From: an uncultured Nitrososphaerota archaeon
Lineage (GTDB): Archaea; Thermoproteota; EX4484-205; JAAOZP01
Direction of reading: 5' to 3'
Length of the DNA stretch: 64,000 bases
NCBI GenBank assembly: GCA_964416155.1
Contig: CAYQCW010000009.1
Location: 1 to 64,000 of the forward strand
The notes beneath the pieces were generated by a model that saw only the letters and a list, made by a program, of their open reading frames with translations, did not search any database and was not told the DNA's origin. Shown piece by piece: positions 9,979 through 18,578 of this stretch; within the stretch, counting starts at the first letter, position 1; every line of letters starts with the position of its first letter. The position numbers and the translations under genes are program-made.

Positions 9979-10836
9979 CTATGGGAAGAGAGGCTTCACC
10001 CCCTTGGTCTTAAAATGGTTTACAACCGCCTCCTGCTCCTCTCCGGCGAGTATTCTAAACCTTTCGCCTGCGCTTATTATCTTTGGCCAAAGCTTTATGT
10101 CGCACGCCATGGAGTAGGTTGCAACCGGTTCTTGGGAAAGCGTGAACCACACAGCCTTGTCAATATCCTCCTGCTCATCCATGGGCTCGTACCAAGTCTG
10201 GTATTTCCTCTCCCCGCTCCACTTCCCCTTGGCAATCGCCTTTATGGCGATGACCCCAATATCCCTGTCCCGTGCAATTCTTAGAACCGGCTTAAAATCG
10301 TTCTCAGGCGCGGGGGCAATCATGCTTCCAACGTTTACGGGTGTCAGCACAGTGTCGAAGTCGAATTTTTCAAGAGCTTTAGCAACTATCCTCATGTCTG
10401 AATGGGCTGTTATCCCTATGTATTTTATTAATCCTTGTTCACGAGCCTCCAAGAAGGTTTTCATAGCACCGCCTTCGCCGAAAATCTTTTCAAGCTCCTC
10501 CAGCGTGCTGACTGCGTGAAACTGGTAAACGTCTAAGTTTTCAATGTTGAAACGGGATAGGGTTTGCCGAAGTTCTCTCCAAGCACCCGCCTTGGTTCTC
10601 TCAAGGGTTTTCTCGGTTATGACCAGCCTGCTACGATTCTCCCTTATTAGTTGCCCAAGCCTGGTTTCCGCATCTCCATAACTGGGTGCCACGTCAACCA
10701 TGTTAATGCCTTTCTCAACAGCGTTTTCAAAGGCCTTCAGACCCTCTTCCAGGTTTGGAGCCACACCTGGGCCGCAGCCCCCTATGGCTAGAATACTTAC
10801 CTTGAAGCCGGTTCTGCCTAGAAGCCTGTACTCCAT
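9979..10836 (-). CDS. Aldo/keto reductase
   Basis: YR.LGRTG.KVS, GIN..D.A..YG..E..LG, K, D.YQFH, G.IKYIGIT.H. Confidence 0.92.
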   Translation of the reverse strand: MEYRLLGRTGFKVSILAIGGCGPGVAPNLEEGLKAFENAVEKGINMVDVAPSYGDAETRLGQLIRENRSRLVITEKTLERTKAGAWRELRQTLSRFNIENLDVYQFHAVSTLEELEKIFGEGGAMKTFLEAREQGLIKYIGITAHSDMRIVAKALEKFDFDTVLTPVNVGSMIAPAPENDFKPVLRIARDRDIGVIAIKAIAKGKWSGERKYQTWYEPMDEQEDIDKAVWFTLSQEPVATYSMACDIKLWPKIISAGERFRILAGEEQEAVVNHFKTKGVKPLFP

Positions 10837-11007
10837 AAGAAAACCGGTTCATAATCCTGCTATTAAGTTTTATTTTTAAAATACTGTTCTGCTCCGTTAG
10901 AATCAGGCTCATGGCTGGAGTAGAGAAGGGTTCCCAACTTGAAAAGTTTTAAAATTATAGGAAGGTTAAATTAAATGCTTAAAGCCCGATGTAAAAGGAA
11001 TTGGCAC

Positions 11008-12375
11008 ATGAAGAATCTACGGCATGACGAGGATACGGCATTACTCGAAGGGCGTTTTACAGGCATGCTTGGGTTTACTTTAATATGGATAGGCCAAGCG
11101 TTCTCGCTTCTCGGCACAAGCATGACTAGCTTCGCCCTTACAGTATGGGCTTGGCAAACCACTGGGCAAGCGACAGCCCTATCGCTAGTCGGATTCTTCA
11201 ATTTCCTACCGCTTTTGCTAACCACACCCATTGCAGGAGTGATTGTAGACAGATCGAATAGGAAGCGCGTCATGATCATGTCCGACCTTGCAGCAGGATT
11301 GCCTACTGTAGCTGTTTTACTTCTTTACGTTTCAGGTAATCTACAGATATGGCATCTTTATATAACAGGAGCTATTATGGGGGTGTTCCAAGCTTTTCAC
11401 TTTCCAGCCTATTCGGCTGCAACCACAATGATGATACCGAAAGAACAATATGCTCGTGCAAGCGGCATGCTGGCAACTGCTGAAGCTGCCGCAGGCATTT
11501 TTGCACCCATAGGTGCTGCCATACTAATGGGTTTCACGGGGATTTTAGGCGTGTTTGTGACCGACATGTTAACCCTCACCATGGCGATCAGCATGTTGCT
11601 GTTTGTGCGTGTTCCGCAGCCATCGTCAACAGAAGCGGGGCATAAAGGAGTTGGAGGCATTTGGAGCGAATCTCTTTATGGATTCAAGTATATTTTCCAA
11701 CGGCCCAGTTTACTTGGGTTACAGTTGATATTGTTCTTCAATAATCTTTTAAGTAGCTGTGGCATGGTGTTGTTCTCGCCAATGGTTTTGTCTCGCACGC
11801 AAAACGATACAATTATCCTGGGCAGCGTTATGTCTGTCGGCGGAATCGGTGGATTAGCAGGAGGTTTAACATTGACTATCTGGGGAGGACCCAAGCGTAA
11901 GGTACACGGCGTGTTGATTGGGAATTTACTCATTAGTCTATTAGGCTGGTTCATAGTGGGATTGGGAAATAGCTGGTATGTCTGGTCTCTGGCAGCATTC
12001 CTCGGGTTTTTCTTCATGCCGATTCTTAATGGGGCTAATCAAGCCATTTGGCAGTCCAAGGTTCCACCCGACGTACAGGGGCGTGTTTTTGCTTCCCGCC
12101 GGTTCATTGCACAGGTTTCTATGCCACTGGGGACGCTTCTCGGAGGACCATTAGCAGACTGGTTTTTTGAACCAGCAATGATGCCAGGAGGCACCTTAAC
12201 CCCGATCTTTGGAGGCTTGATTGGAACTGGACCGGGCGTAGGGATGTCATTAATGCTTATGCTCATCGGGGTTCTAGGAGTTTTTACTAGTCTCGCAGGA
12301 TATAGTTTTCACGCTATACGGAAGGCGGAAGACATCCTGCCGGATTATGGGGTTGAAACTAAATCATTAACTTGA
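11008..12375 (+). CDS. MFS transporter (DHA3/MefA-like)
   Basis: W.GQ.FSL.G, AG..VDR.NRK.VMI.SD, P...QGRVF; about 12 hydrophobic segments. Confidence 0.92.
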   Translation: MKNLRHDEDTALLEGRFTGMLGFTLIWIGQAFSLLGTSMTSFALTVWAWQTTGQATALSLVGFFNFLPLLLTTPIAGVIVDRSNRKRVMIMSDLAAGLPTVAVLLLYVSGNLQIWHLYITGAIMGVFQAFHFPAYSAATTMMIPKEQYARASGMLATAEAAAGIFAPIGAAILMGFTGILGVFVTDMLTLTMAISMLLFVRVPQPSSTEAGHKGVGGIWSESLYGFKYIFQRPSLLGLQLILFFNNLLSSCGMVLFSPMVLSRTQNDTIILGSVMSVGGIGGLAGGLTLTIWGGPKRKVHGVLIGNLLISLLGWFIVGLGNSWYVWSLAAFLGFFFMPILNGANQAIWQSKVPPDVQGRVFASRRFIAQVSMPLGTLLGGPLADWFFEPAMMPGGTLTPIFGGLIGTGPGVGMSLMLMLIGVLGVFTSLAGYSFHAIRKAEDILPDYGVETKSLT

Positions 12376-12408
12376 GAGCCTTATTTTGGGAAATTGCTTC
12401 TCATAGTT

Positions 12409-12420
12409 TAGCGCGCACTT
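12409..12420. repeat. Palindromic junction motif copy (TAGCGCGCaCTt)
   Basis: 10/12 match; left boundary of the structured segment. Confidence 0.65.
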
Positions 12421-12455
12421 TAAGCTTCCCCCGCTTCCATTTACGCGTGACGAAG

Positions 12456-12564
12456 GAGTAGGACGGGTTCCTCCCCCGGAACCTCGCTTCAAGGGCTCGT
12501 CCTGCTCGGGAAGCAGGCCGCCTATCTTATAGGTAGACGAGCAATTGGAACTCGATTCGGGCCT
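12456..12564 (+). ncRNA. Putative structured non-coding RNA, possibly an orphan IS110-type non-coding end
   Basis: TATA-like TTTAAG 12419-12424; stems 12456-65/12498-507, 12466-71/12478-83, 12515-19/12560-64, 12520-25/12529-34, 12538-41/12551-54; no ORF of 60 aa or more spans it. Confidence 0.5.
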
Positions 12565-12575
12565 AGCGCGTGCTA
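12564..12575. repeat. Palindromic junction motif copy (TAGCGCGtGCTA)
   Basis: 11/12 match; right boundary of the structured segment. Confidence 0.75.
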
Positions 12576-12633
12576 AAATATCGCAAGAAGACCTAGTAAT
12601 ACATGTCTCCCATCTTTTTTATTCTGCTTCCCC

Positions 12634-12645
12634 AGCCGCGCGCTA
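12634..12645. repeat. Palindromic junction motif copy (agcCGCGCGCTA)
   Basis: Last 9 bp match; similarity of the TnpB relic to its sister copy starts at the terminal CTA. Confidence 0.7.
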
Positions 12646-12786
12646 CAATGGTGCAGTGAACATTGTGAAGCGGGCCATGCGCTATACGCGTATGGCGGGG
12701 GCTGGCTTTACACGGCCCTTAACCGGCAGGGTGAAGCCTTAGGTTGACTAACCGGGAACCCCAATACTTAAATATGGGGATATCAA
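12643..12786 (+). mobile_element. IS200/IS605 relic: tnpB C-terminal tail plus omegaRNA/right end (copy 1)
   Basis: YNGAVNIVKRA (D.NAA.NI..R motif); subterminal hairpin CCCCAATA-CTTAAA-TATGGGG then TCAA; homologous to 20572-20713. Confidence 0.8.
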
Positions 12787-12864
12787 ACAAGACGATTTCC
12801 ACTGATGCGAAATGATGGAGAGGGTGTGTTTCCCTAGCTCGCGCTTAGGGAGGTGTTTCAATAA

Positions 12865-14193
12865 TTGAGTGCTTGGACTGATGACGCTGAGTACGTGCGG
12901 GTGCTAAAGGAGCTCTACGAGCTGAGGGGGATAAAGCTGGGCTTGGATGTTGTCAAGGGGGTTCTGAACGAGCTTGGAAACCCGGAGAAGGACTATCCTG
13001 TGATCCTCGTAGGGGGTACTAATGGGAAGGGCTCTACCGTCAGCATGATAAGCTCAATCCTACGCGAAGAGGGTCTGAGGGTAGGAACGTTCACGAAGCC
13101 GCACCTGTGCAGGTTCACCGAGAGGATAGCTGTGGATGGTCGGGAAATAACCAGGAGGGAAGTCGTCGAGACCTATGAGGAGGTTAAAGAGGCTGGTGAA
13201 AAAGTCTCGAGAAAGTTAGGACGCTTTCCAACCTTTTTCGAGTGTAACGTCTCGATGGCGTATAAGTATTTTTCAATGAGAAAAGTTGACGTAGCCGTCG
13301 TTGAGGTGGGTATGGGAGGCAGGCTCGATGCGACAAACGCATGCGACCCGTTGCTCTCCGTCATAACCAACGTCTCTTTAGAGCATATGAAGTACTTGGG
13401 TGATACTGTTGAGAAAATAGCTTTTGAGAAAGCAGGCATAATAAGGCATGGGCGGCCCACCGTATCGGCTTGTTCAGGTTCAGCGCTTAAGGTTATTGAG
13501 GAACGCTGCAGAGAATTGGGCTCTGAGCTCACCCTAGTATCCAGAGACGTTAAGCACAGGGTTTTAAGGTCCGACCTAACTGGGCTAACTTTGGATGTTG
13601 AACTGGGAAAAAGGCTGTTGAAGAACCTTAAGGTTTCGCTAAGGGGGGGTTTTCAGGCGGCGAACGTATCGCTAGCCATAGCGAGCTATCTCAAGTTCTC
13701 TGAGCTAACGGGTAAATCGAACTTCAATGAGGACGCCATAAGGAGGGGTCTTGCCAACATTGTTTGGCCAGGAAGGCTGGAGCCAATTAGTAAACGCCCA
13801 CTAGTCATATTGGATTGTGCAAAGGACCCGGCGGCCGCAGAAGCGTTGTCGTCGAGCATAGAGGAGATGCTGCCAGGAGCCAAGCTTACAACAGTCGTCA
13901 GTATTTCCTCGGATAAGGAATACGATAAGATTCTCAGATCTGTTGCGAGGATTACGGATGAGTTCATCTTGACTGAGCATGGCGTCATGGGAAGGGCTCT
14001 CCCGATAGAGAGGATGGAGGATGTGTTGAAGGGTCTGAATGCTAAATACAGTTCTGAGCCGACTGTTAGGGAGGCGGTGGCTCGAGCATTGTCCCGCGCC
14101 GGGAAAGAAGGTAGAATACTTGTTACGGGCTCAGTTTTCACCGTTGGAGAAGCAAGACCGATATGGTCGGGTGAGCCTTACGACGGATTCTGA
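12865..14193 (+). CDS. folC: Folylpolyglutamate synthase/dihydrofolate synthase
   Basis: GTNGKGST, PHL..F.ERI, EVGMGGRLDATN, IA.EKAGII, WPGRLE, TGS.F.VGE. Confidence 0.95.
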   Translation: MSAWTDDAEYVRVLKELYELRGIKLGLDVVKGVLNELGNPEKDYPVILVGGTNGKGSTVSMISSILREEGLRVGTFTKPHLCRFTERIAVDGREITRREVVETYEEVKEAGEKVSRKLGRFPTFFECNVSMAYKYFSMRKVDVAVVEVGMGGRLDATNACDPLLSVITNVSLEHMKYLGDTVEKIAFEKAGIIRHGRPTVSACSGSALKVIEERCRELGSELTLVSRDVKHRVLRSDLTGLTLDVELGKRLLKNLKVSLRGGFQAANVSLAIASYLKFSELTGKSNFNEDAIRRGLANIVWPGRLEPISKRPLVILDCAKDPAAAEALSSSIEEMLPGAKLTTVVSISSDKEYDKILRSVARITDEFILTEHGVMGRALPIERMEDVLKGLNAKYSSEPTVREAVARALSRAGKEGRILVTGSVFTVGEARPIWSGEPYDGF

Positions 14194-15527
14194 GGCCTCC
14201 ATACTATCCTAGTCAATACTCGGATAGCCGGGACTCCAACCAGCGTGCTTACCAAGACTAGAAGCATCCTCTCTATAGGATATATCCAGAATACCGTATA
14301 CCAGATTTTCTCAAACCCCTCTCTATTTATCATCCCGGTTAGACCGAACACGTATCCAAATAGTGCACTGCCCATAGAGTGTTGCCCCATGGTTCCGAGT
14401 AAAGCGCATCCCGAAAACTTCAATACAATTGGATCAGCCTTATGTTTAAAATTTCCAGTCCTAATGAGAATCAGGGAGACGGGCATTGCTATGAGGTGAA
14501 GCCAGTGGAATGGTAAATCTACTTCTAAGCCTGGAAGGTCGAGGTGTAGAAGGAGCAGGCTAAAAGGCCCTGTCATGAAAACGGCTAATACGGAAACATA
14601 GATGAGGAGTGCTAACCGTGTCTTTCCCCTCCAGAGCAGACTTACTGTCAAAGTGTTAACCAGCGGTGGTAGGAAGTCTAGGTAAAGAAACATGGGAGGC
14701 TTTATTAGGAAACCTAGAATTGTTCCTAGGAGGATTACGGTGGCGCCGTGAACAGGCTCGAGCAAGACGCCGTAAAGCGGCAGAACGACATTTGAAACCG
14801 GGAAACTTCCTCCAGGTACCCCTATGATTGGGAAGGTTGGGACTGCCCTAAGCACGATGAAGAGCGCCATGAACAGGGAAGAGGTGGCAAGTTTATGCAC
14901 GTCGATTTTTTTCCTGTTTAAACCAGCTCGCGGTTCTCCAGCGTCGCACCTTATGATGCTGGATTCTGTAACCACGATGTCGACCTTCGCATCGTTCTCG
15001 TCAACCGGTATGCTGTCAAAAACCTGTTCGGAGAAGGCTAAACCGATTACTTTCTTTCCCTCCTTAAACCTCTTTAAAAACCCGTCGAAGTAACCCTTTC
15101 CTCTGCCAAGCCTGTTGCAATTTCTGTCGAAAGCCCTCCCCGGAACCACAACAAGGTCTATTTCCTCGGCGTTAACGATTCTCACATTCTTGGGATCCGG
15201 CTCCATCACGCCGAATGTTCCAACAGCTAGTTCTTCAAGGGTTGATATCTCGCAGGGAATCAGCTCCATGTTTTCCTCATTCACAAGGGGTACTACAACT
15301 CTTTTACCGGATTTCAACATGTCGGTAATGAGCCCGATCGTATCAACCTCGTCCTCTTTGGAAACGTACACCATAACGCACGTTGCTCTCGAGAACTCCT
15401 CTAGACTTTTAAGCTTCGAAACTGCCTTCGAGCTCCTATCCTTCCTCTGCTGATCCGACATTGCTAGGATCCTCTCCCTCGCTAATTTCCTGATTTCATT
15501 CTTAGCGTTTACGGATCCCTCGTTCAT
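14178..15527 (-). CDS. Fusion of 5-formyltetrahydrofolate cyclo-ligase and an ECF-type S-component membrane domain
   Basis: N-terminal ~195 aa: EVDT, G.FG..EP, ID...VPG.AFD....RLG.GKGYFD; C-terminal ~240 aa multi-TM with G.LL.P..G....LG..LG pattern; one open frame; probable start ATG 15527. Confidence 0.85.
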   Translation of the reverse strand: MNEGSVNAKNEIRKLARERILAMSDQQRKDRSSKAVSKLKSLEEFSRATCVMVYVSKEDEVDTIGLITDMLKSGKRVVVPLVNEENMELIPCEISTLEELAVGTFGVMEPDPKNVRIVNAEEIDLVVVPGRAFDRNCNRLGRGKGYFDGFLKRFKEGKKVIGLAFSEQVFDSIPVDENDAKVDIVVTESSIIRCDAGEPRAGLNRKKIDVHKLATSSLFMALFIVLRAVPTFPIIGVPGGSFPVSNVVLPLYGVLLEPVHGATVILLGTILGFLIKPPMFLYLDFLPPLVNTLTVSLLWRGKTRLALLIYVSVLAVFMTGPFSLLLLHLDLPGLEVDLPFHWLHLIAMPVSLILIRTGNFKHKADPIVLKFSGCALLGTMGQHSMGSALFGYVFGLTGMINREGFEKIWYTVFWIYPIERMLLVLVSTLVGVPAIRVLTRIVWRPQNPS

Positions 15528-15700
15528 TCTCAACCGGCAAAAAAGGAGTTCCCTATAAAAACATTTCATGAATACTAGAAATCCATATGTTAGAATTCAT
15601 CCCGGAATTTACACTTTTAAAGCGGTTTATAGAATTTTGACTGATAGGAGCAGTAGAATCGAAGCATTTATAAGGACGCATGTGTTTGAAGGAGGACGCG

Positions 15701-15870
15701 ATGTCTCATTGGCTTGGAGAACTGGTAAAGGTCGATGAGGCTGGCACTAGGGGCGGGCATCACTCTCACAGTTGGAAAGTAAGCTTCAGCAGGACTCATA
15801 ATGTGTCTCCCCTCATGTTAGGGGATCTTCATCAGCGTCGGGATTCACGATTTACAAGGGCCCAAGGTGA
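15701..15870 (+). pseudogene. glyA: Internally deleted serine hydroxymethyltransferase relic
   Basis: GGAGG RBS then MSHWLGELVKVD; GGHHSHSWKVSFS resembles SHMT GGHLTHG.KVNFSG; other frame ends GFTIYKGPR* (SHMT-like F..Y tail) just before folD. Confidence 0.65.
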
Positions 15871-15876
15871 TTCCTA

Positions 15877-16719
15877 ATGGCGGCTAAGATACTGGGTGGT
15901 AAGCCCGTGGCTGACGCGATTCTGGTTGAGGCTAAGGCAAGGATCGCTAAACTGGGTTTCACACCATCGCTGCACATCATAAAGGCCTCAGGTTCAAAGG
16001 CCCAGGATTCTTTCGTTAAAATGAAGGTTAAAGCCTGCAACTCTGTAGGGGGGCAAGCGGTGGTGCATGAGCTTAACAATCCTTCCGAGGCCGAGCTAAT
16101 CTCGCTCATAAAGGTATTGAATAAGGATACGGATGTTCACGGGATAGTGGTTCAACTACCGCTTCCGAAAAATGTGTCGACACTGGACGTATTAGAAGCC
16201 TTAGACGTTAGAAAGGACGTTGACGGTCTCCACCCGTTAAACCTAGGAAGGTTGTTGGCTGGTCGGGAAGCTAGGCCAACGGCAACGGCAAATGCTGCGA
16301 TCAGGATTTTGGAGTGGTATGGGGTTAACGTGGAAGGCGCTGATATTGTTATTGTGAATAATAGCATACTCGTTGGGAGACCCCTTTTCGCGATGCTTAC
16401 CTCACGAATGGCAACAGTAACAGTTTGCCACGTCAAGACTAAAAACTTAAGTGAGAAGACATTGAAGGCGGATGTCTTAATCTCTGCAACCGGTGTCCCA
16501 AGGCTCATAACCGACAAAATGGTGGCTGAAGGCGCCGTGGTAATTGATGCTGGAACCAGCTTCGTCGAAGGAGTTCTCGTGGGGGATGTGGACTTTCAAA
16601 GCGTTTCTCAAAAAGCATCTGCGATAACCCCGGTTCCAGGTGGAGTTGGCCCGGTGACTGTTGCGACTATCATGCATAATTTGGTGGAATGTGCCTCCGA
16701 GGTCGCCAGGGGTTGCTGA
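15877..16719 (+). CDS. folD: Methylene-THF dehydrogenase/methenyl-THF cyclohydrolase
   Basis: K.KAC, HGI.VQLPLP, KDVDGLHP.NLG, VGRP, VID.G, GDVDF, ITPVPGGVGP.TVA. Confidence 0.96.
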   Translation: MAAKILGGKPVADAILVEAKARIAKLGFTPSLHIIKASGSKAQDSFVKMKVKACNSVGGQAVVHELNNPSEAELISLIKVLNKDTDVHGIVVQLPLPKNVSTLDVLEALDVRKDVDGLHPLNLGRLLAGREARPTATANAAIRILEWYGVNVEGADIVIVNNSILVGRPLFAMLTSRMATVTVCHVKTKNLSEKTLKADVLISATGVPRLITDKMVAEGAVVIDAGTSFVEGVLVGDVDFQSVSQKASAITPVPGGVGPVTVATIMHNLVECASEVARGC

Positions 16720-17357
16720 GGATAGGCATACTCGCGTCGACCCGCGCCACGGATATGGAGGCCATCCTGAAGGCCATAAGGGACAAGAGGTTGGATGCCG
16801 AGATAGTCTGCCTCATAAGCAATAGGAAGAATGCGTACGCGCTGGAGCGGGCTAGGCGGAACGGCATAGAGGCCATATTCATGGAACCCAAGGGCAAGGA
16901 CCCTGTGGAATACGATATGGAGGTCGCCGCCGAGCTCGAGCGCAGGAGGGTGGACCTCGTGCTGCTCATAGGTTATAACAGGATACTGAGCCCCCAGTTC
17001 GTGAAAAAGTTTAGGACCAGGATTATGAACATTCATCCCTCGCTCCTCCCAGCCTTTCCAGGCTGGGATATAAACGTCCATCGTGCAGTGCTTGAATCCG
17101 GCGTTAAGATTACGGGTTGTACCCTCCACTTCGTTGATGAGAAAATGGATGCCGGACCGATAATAATGCAGAAGGCTGTTGAAGTGAGGGAAGATGACGA
17201 TGAGGAGACTTTGAAGAGGAGGGTCCAAGAGGCTGAGGGCGAAGTCTTGGTGGAAGGGATCCGTCTTTTCCGAGAAGGAAGAATCATGGTTGAGCACGGG
17301 AAGGTTAAGATACTTCGCAGAGGGGAGACGAAACCCCTGCCGAACCACAGGGATTAA
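16689..17357 (+). CDS. purN: Phosphoribosylglycinamide formyltransferase
   Basis: GY.RILS, NIHPSLLP.F.G, G.K.TGCT.HFV...D.GPII.Q; true start probably TTG near 16713. Confidence 0.95.
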   Translation: MCLRGRQGLLRIGILASTRATDMEAILKAIRDKRLDAEIVCLISNRKNAYALERARRNGIEAIFMEPKGKDPVEYDMEVAAELERRRVDLVLLIGYNRILSPQFVKKFRTRIMNIHPSLLPAFPGWDINVHRAVLESGVKITGCTLHFVDEKMDAGPIIMQKAVEVREDDDEETLKRRVQEAEGEVLVEGIRLFREGRIMVEHGKVKILRRGETKPLPNHRD

Positions 17358-17482
17358 GGATTAAAAGGGTTCCCAGTAGACAAACTTAGAACGCCGCGTC
17401 TTTAGTTGACGACACGGCCGGAAAAACCATCTCATGAAACATCGGCGGGTTAAGCGAATATTAGACGTTAATCGTATACTCT

Positions 17483-18406
17483 TTATACCTTGAATATTTT
17501 GAACAACGGGTGGCTGCCGGTTAATGGTCTTGTTCCAAATTCCTGTCGCACGCTGTAAGCCACGTAAGCGTCAGCCAGTGCACAGTGGAAATACGCGTTT
17601 GAAGCGTTCTCTATCGGCCCATATATTACGAAGTTTGCCCCCATGAATATGGGAAGCACGTCGGCTACGCTGCTTGCAATTGAGAACAGCGTTTTATCTA
17701 ATCTGCGCATCCTATTCCACCTCTGGACTGCGTTATGCGTTCCAGCCCCGGCTGGTAAACCATATTTATCCTTCACCATATAGACGACTTTACTGACGGG
17801 TCCTGGGTCGGGGATGTCGAGAACAGTCGTATCCACCAAGATTTTCTCGATGCCTGCTTTTGATGCTAAGCCTATAAGATCATCAAGCACCTGCATCCTC
17901 CCGGCTATCGTAGGGCTTTTAGCGTTATACGTCAGTAAGACGGCGGATTTAATCCCAGCATTCCTAATTGCAGATATCTCGGCCTCTTTAATATGCGGCA
18001 TTACCGAGTTGTAGAGGACTCGTTCAGACAACCCGACTTCACCGACGTACTTGGCTCCTGCAATCCTGGCCTCCTCAGTAGTCCCGTCTATAGCGAATGG
18101 CCCGTCGATCTTGTCAGCTACGAACTCGATGAGTTTTCCAAAAGCTTGGGGCCATGAGCAGCATACGTCTACAATCCTCGGATTACCGGTTTTGTCCGAT
18201 ATCTCCTTCTCCTTATTCAAGAGGTCTTCAGCCTTCTCTCTAGAGAACACCCAATTCCTCTCATCCTCAAATATTTTCTGCTTGCTGTAGAATATGCTTC
18301 CTATCATGACAGTAGGCAGTTGACCCGGCTGACCACCAACCTTCACGCCCGCGATATCGAAAATTTTCTGCTCTCGGTTAAATCTGAACATCCTCGTCCT
18401 TTTCAT
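17483..18406 (-). CDS. MtrH/MtgA-family methyltransferase (probable methylcorrinoid:H4folate methyltransferase)
   Basis: MF.F..EQK...I.GV.VGGQPG..PTV..GSIFY, YNS, GLP.G.G.HNA, GA.F..YGPIENA; no other mtr subunits nearby. Confidence 0.88.
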   Translation of the reverse strand: MKRTRMFRFNREQKIFDIAGVKVGGQPGQLPTVMIGSIFYSKQKIFEDERNWVFSREKAEDLLNKEKEISDKTGNPRIVDVCCSWPQAFGKLIEFVADKIDGPFAIDGTTEEARIAGAKYVGEVGLSERVLYNSVMPHIKEAEISAIRNAGIKSAVLLTYNAKSPTIAGRMQVLDDLIGLASKAGIEKILVDTTVLDIPDPGPVSKVVYMVKDKYGLPAGAGTHNAVQRWNRMRRLDKTLFSIASSVADVLPIFMGANFVIYGPIENASNAYFHCALADAYVAYSVRQEFGTRPLTGSHPLFKIFKV

Positions 18407-18578
18407 CTATCCGCCTTTTTATACTTTTAGAGTACTCGTTAAACGCTTAACCCTATAATGGTTAGACAAGTCCTCGTAATGATCGTGTTTCCAGCGGCCT
18501 CTAGTCTGAGGAAAACATGTTCGACATGGTTTTTCAAGTTTCAGGCAACTCATAGTTGAAGTACCGGTTGACAGATAT

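Noticed and set aside
12545-12742. ORFs 12545-12742 and 20510-20698 as real small proteins
   Set aside because: Chance frames running through TnpB C-terminal relics
12787-12840. C/D-box sRNA (CTGA...ATGATG)
   Set aside because: Only an internal D'/C'-like pair; no convincing terminal C and D boxes
15570-15876. THF or ZMP/ZTP riboswitch upstream of folD
   Set aside because: Consensus elements not found; the region is better explained as a glyA relic
16608-17348. 246-aa antisense ORF over purN, and the many other antisense or nested ORFs in the track
   Set aside because: Shadow frames of well-supported genes with no recognisable motifs
17483-18406. Evidence of methanogenesis from the MtrH homologue
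   Set aside because: No mtrA-G or mcr in the window; folate context favours an MtgA-like role
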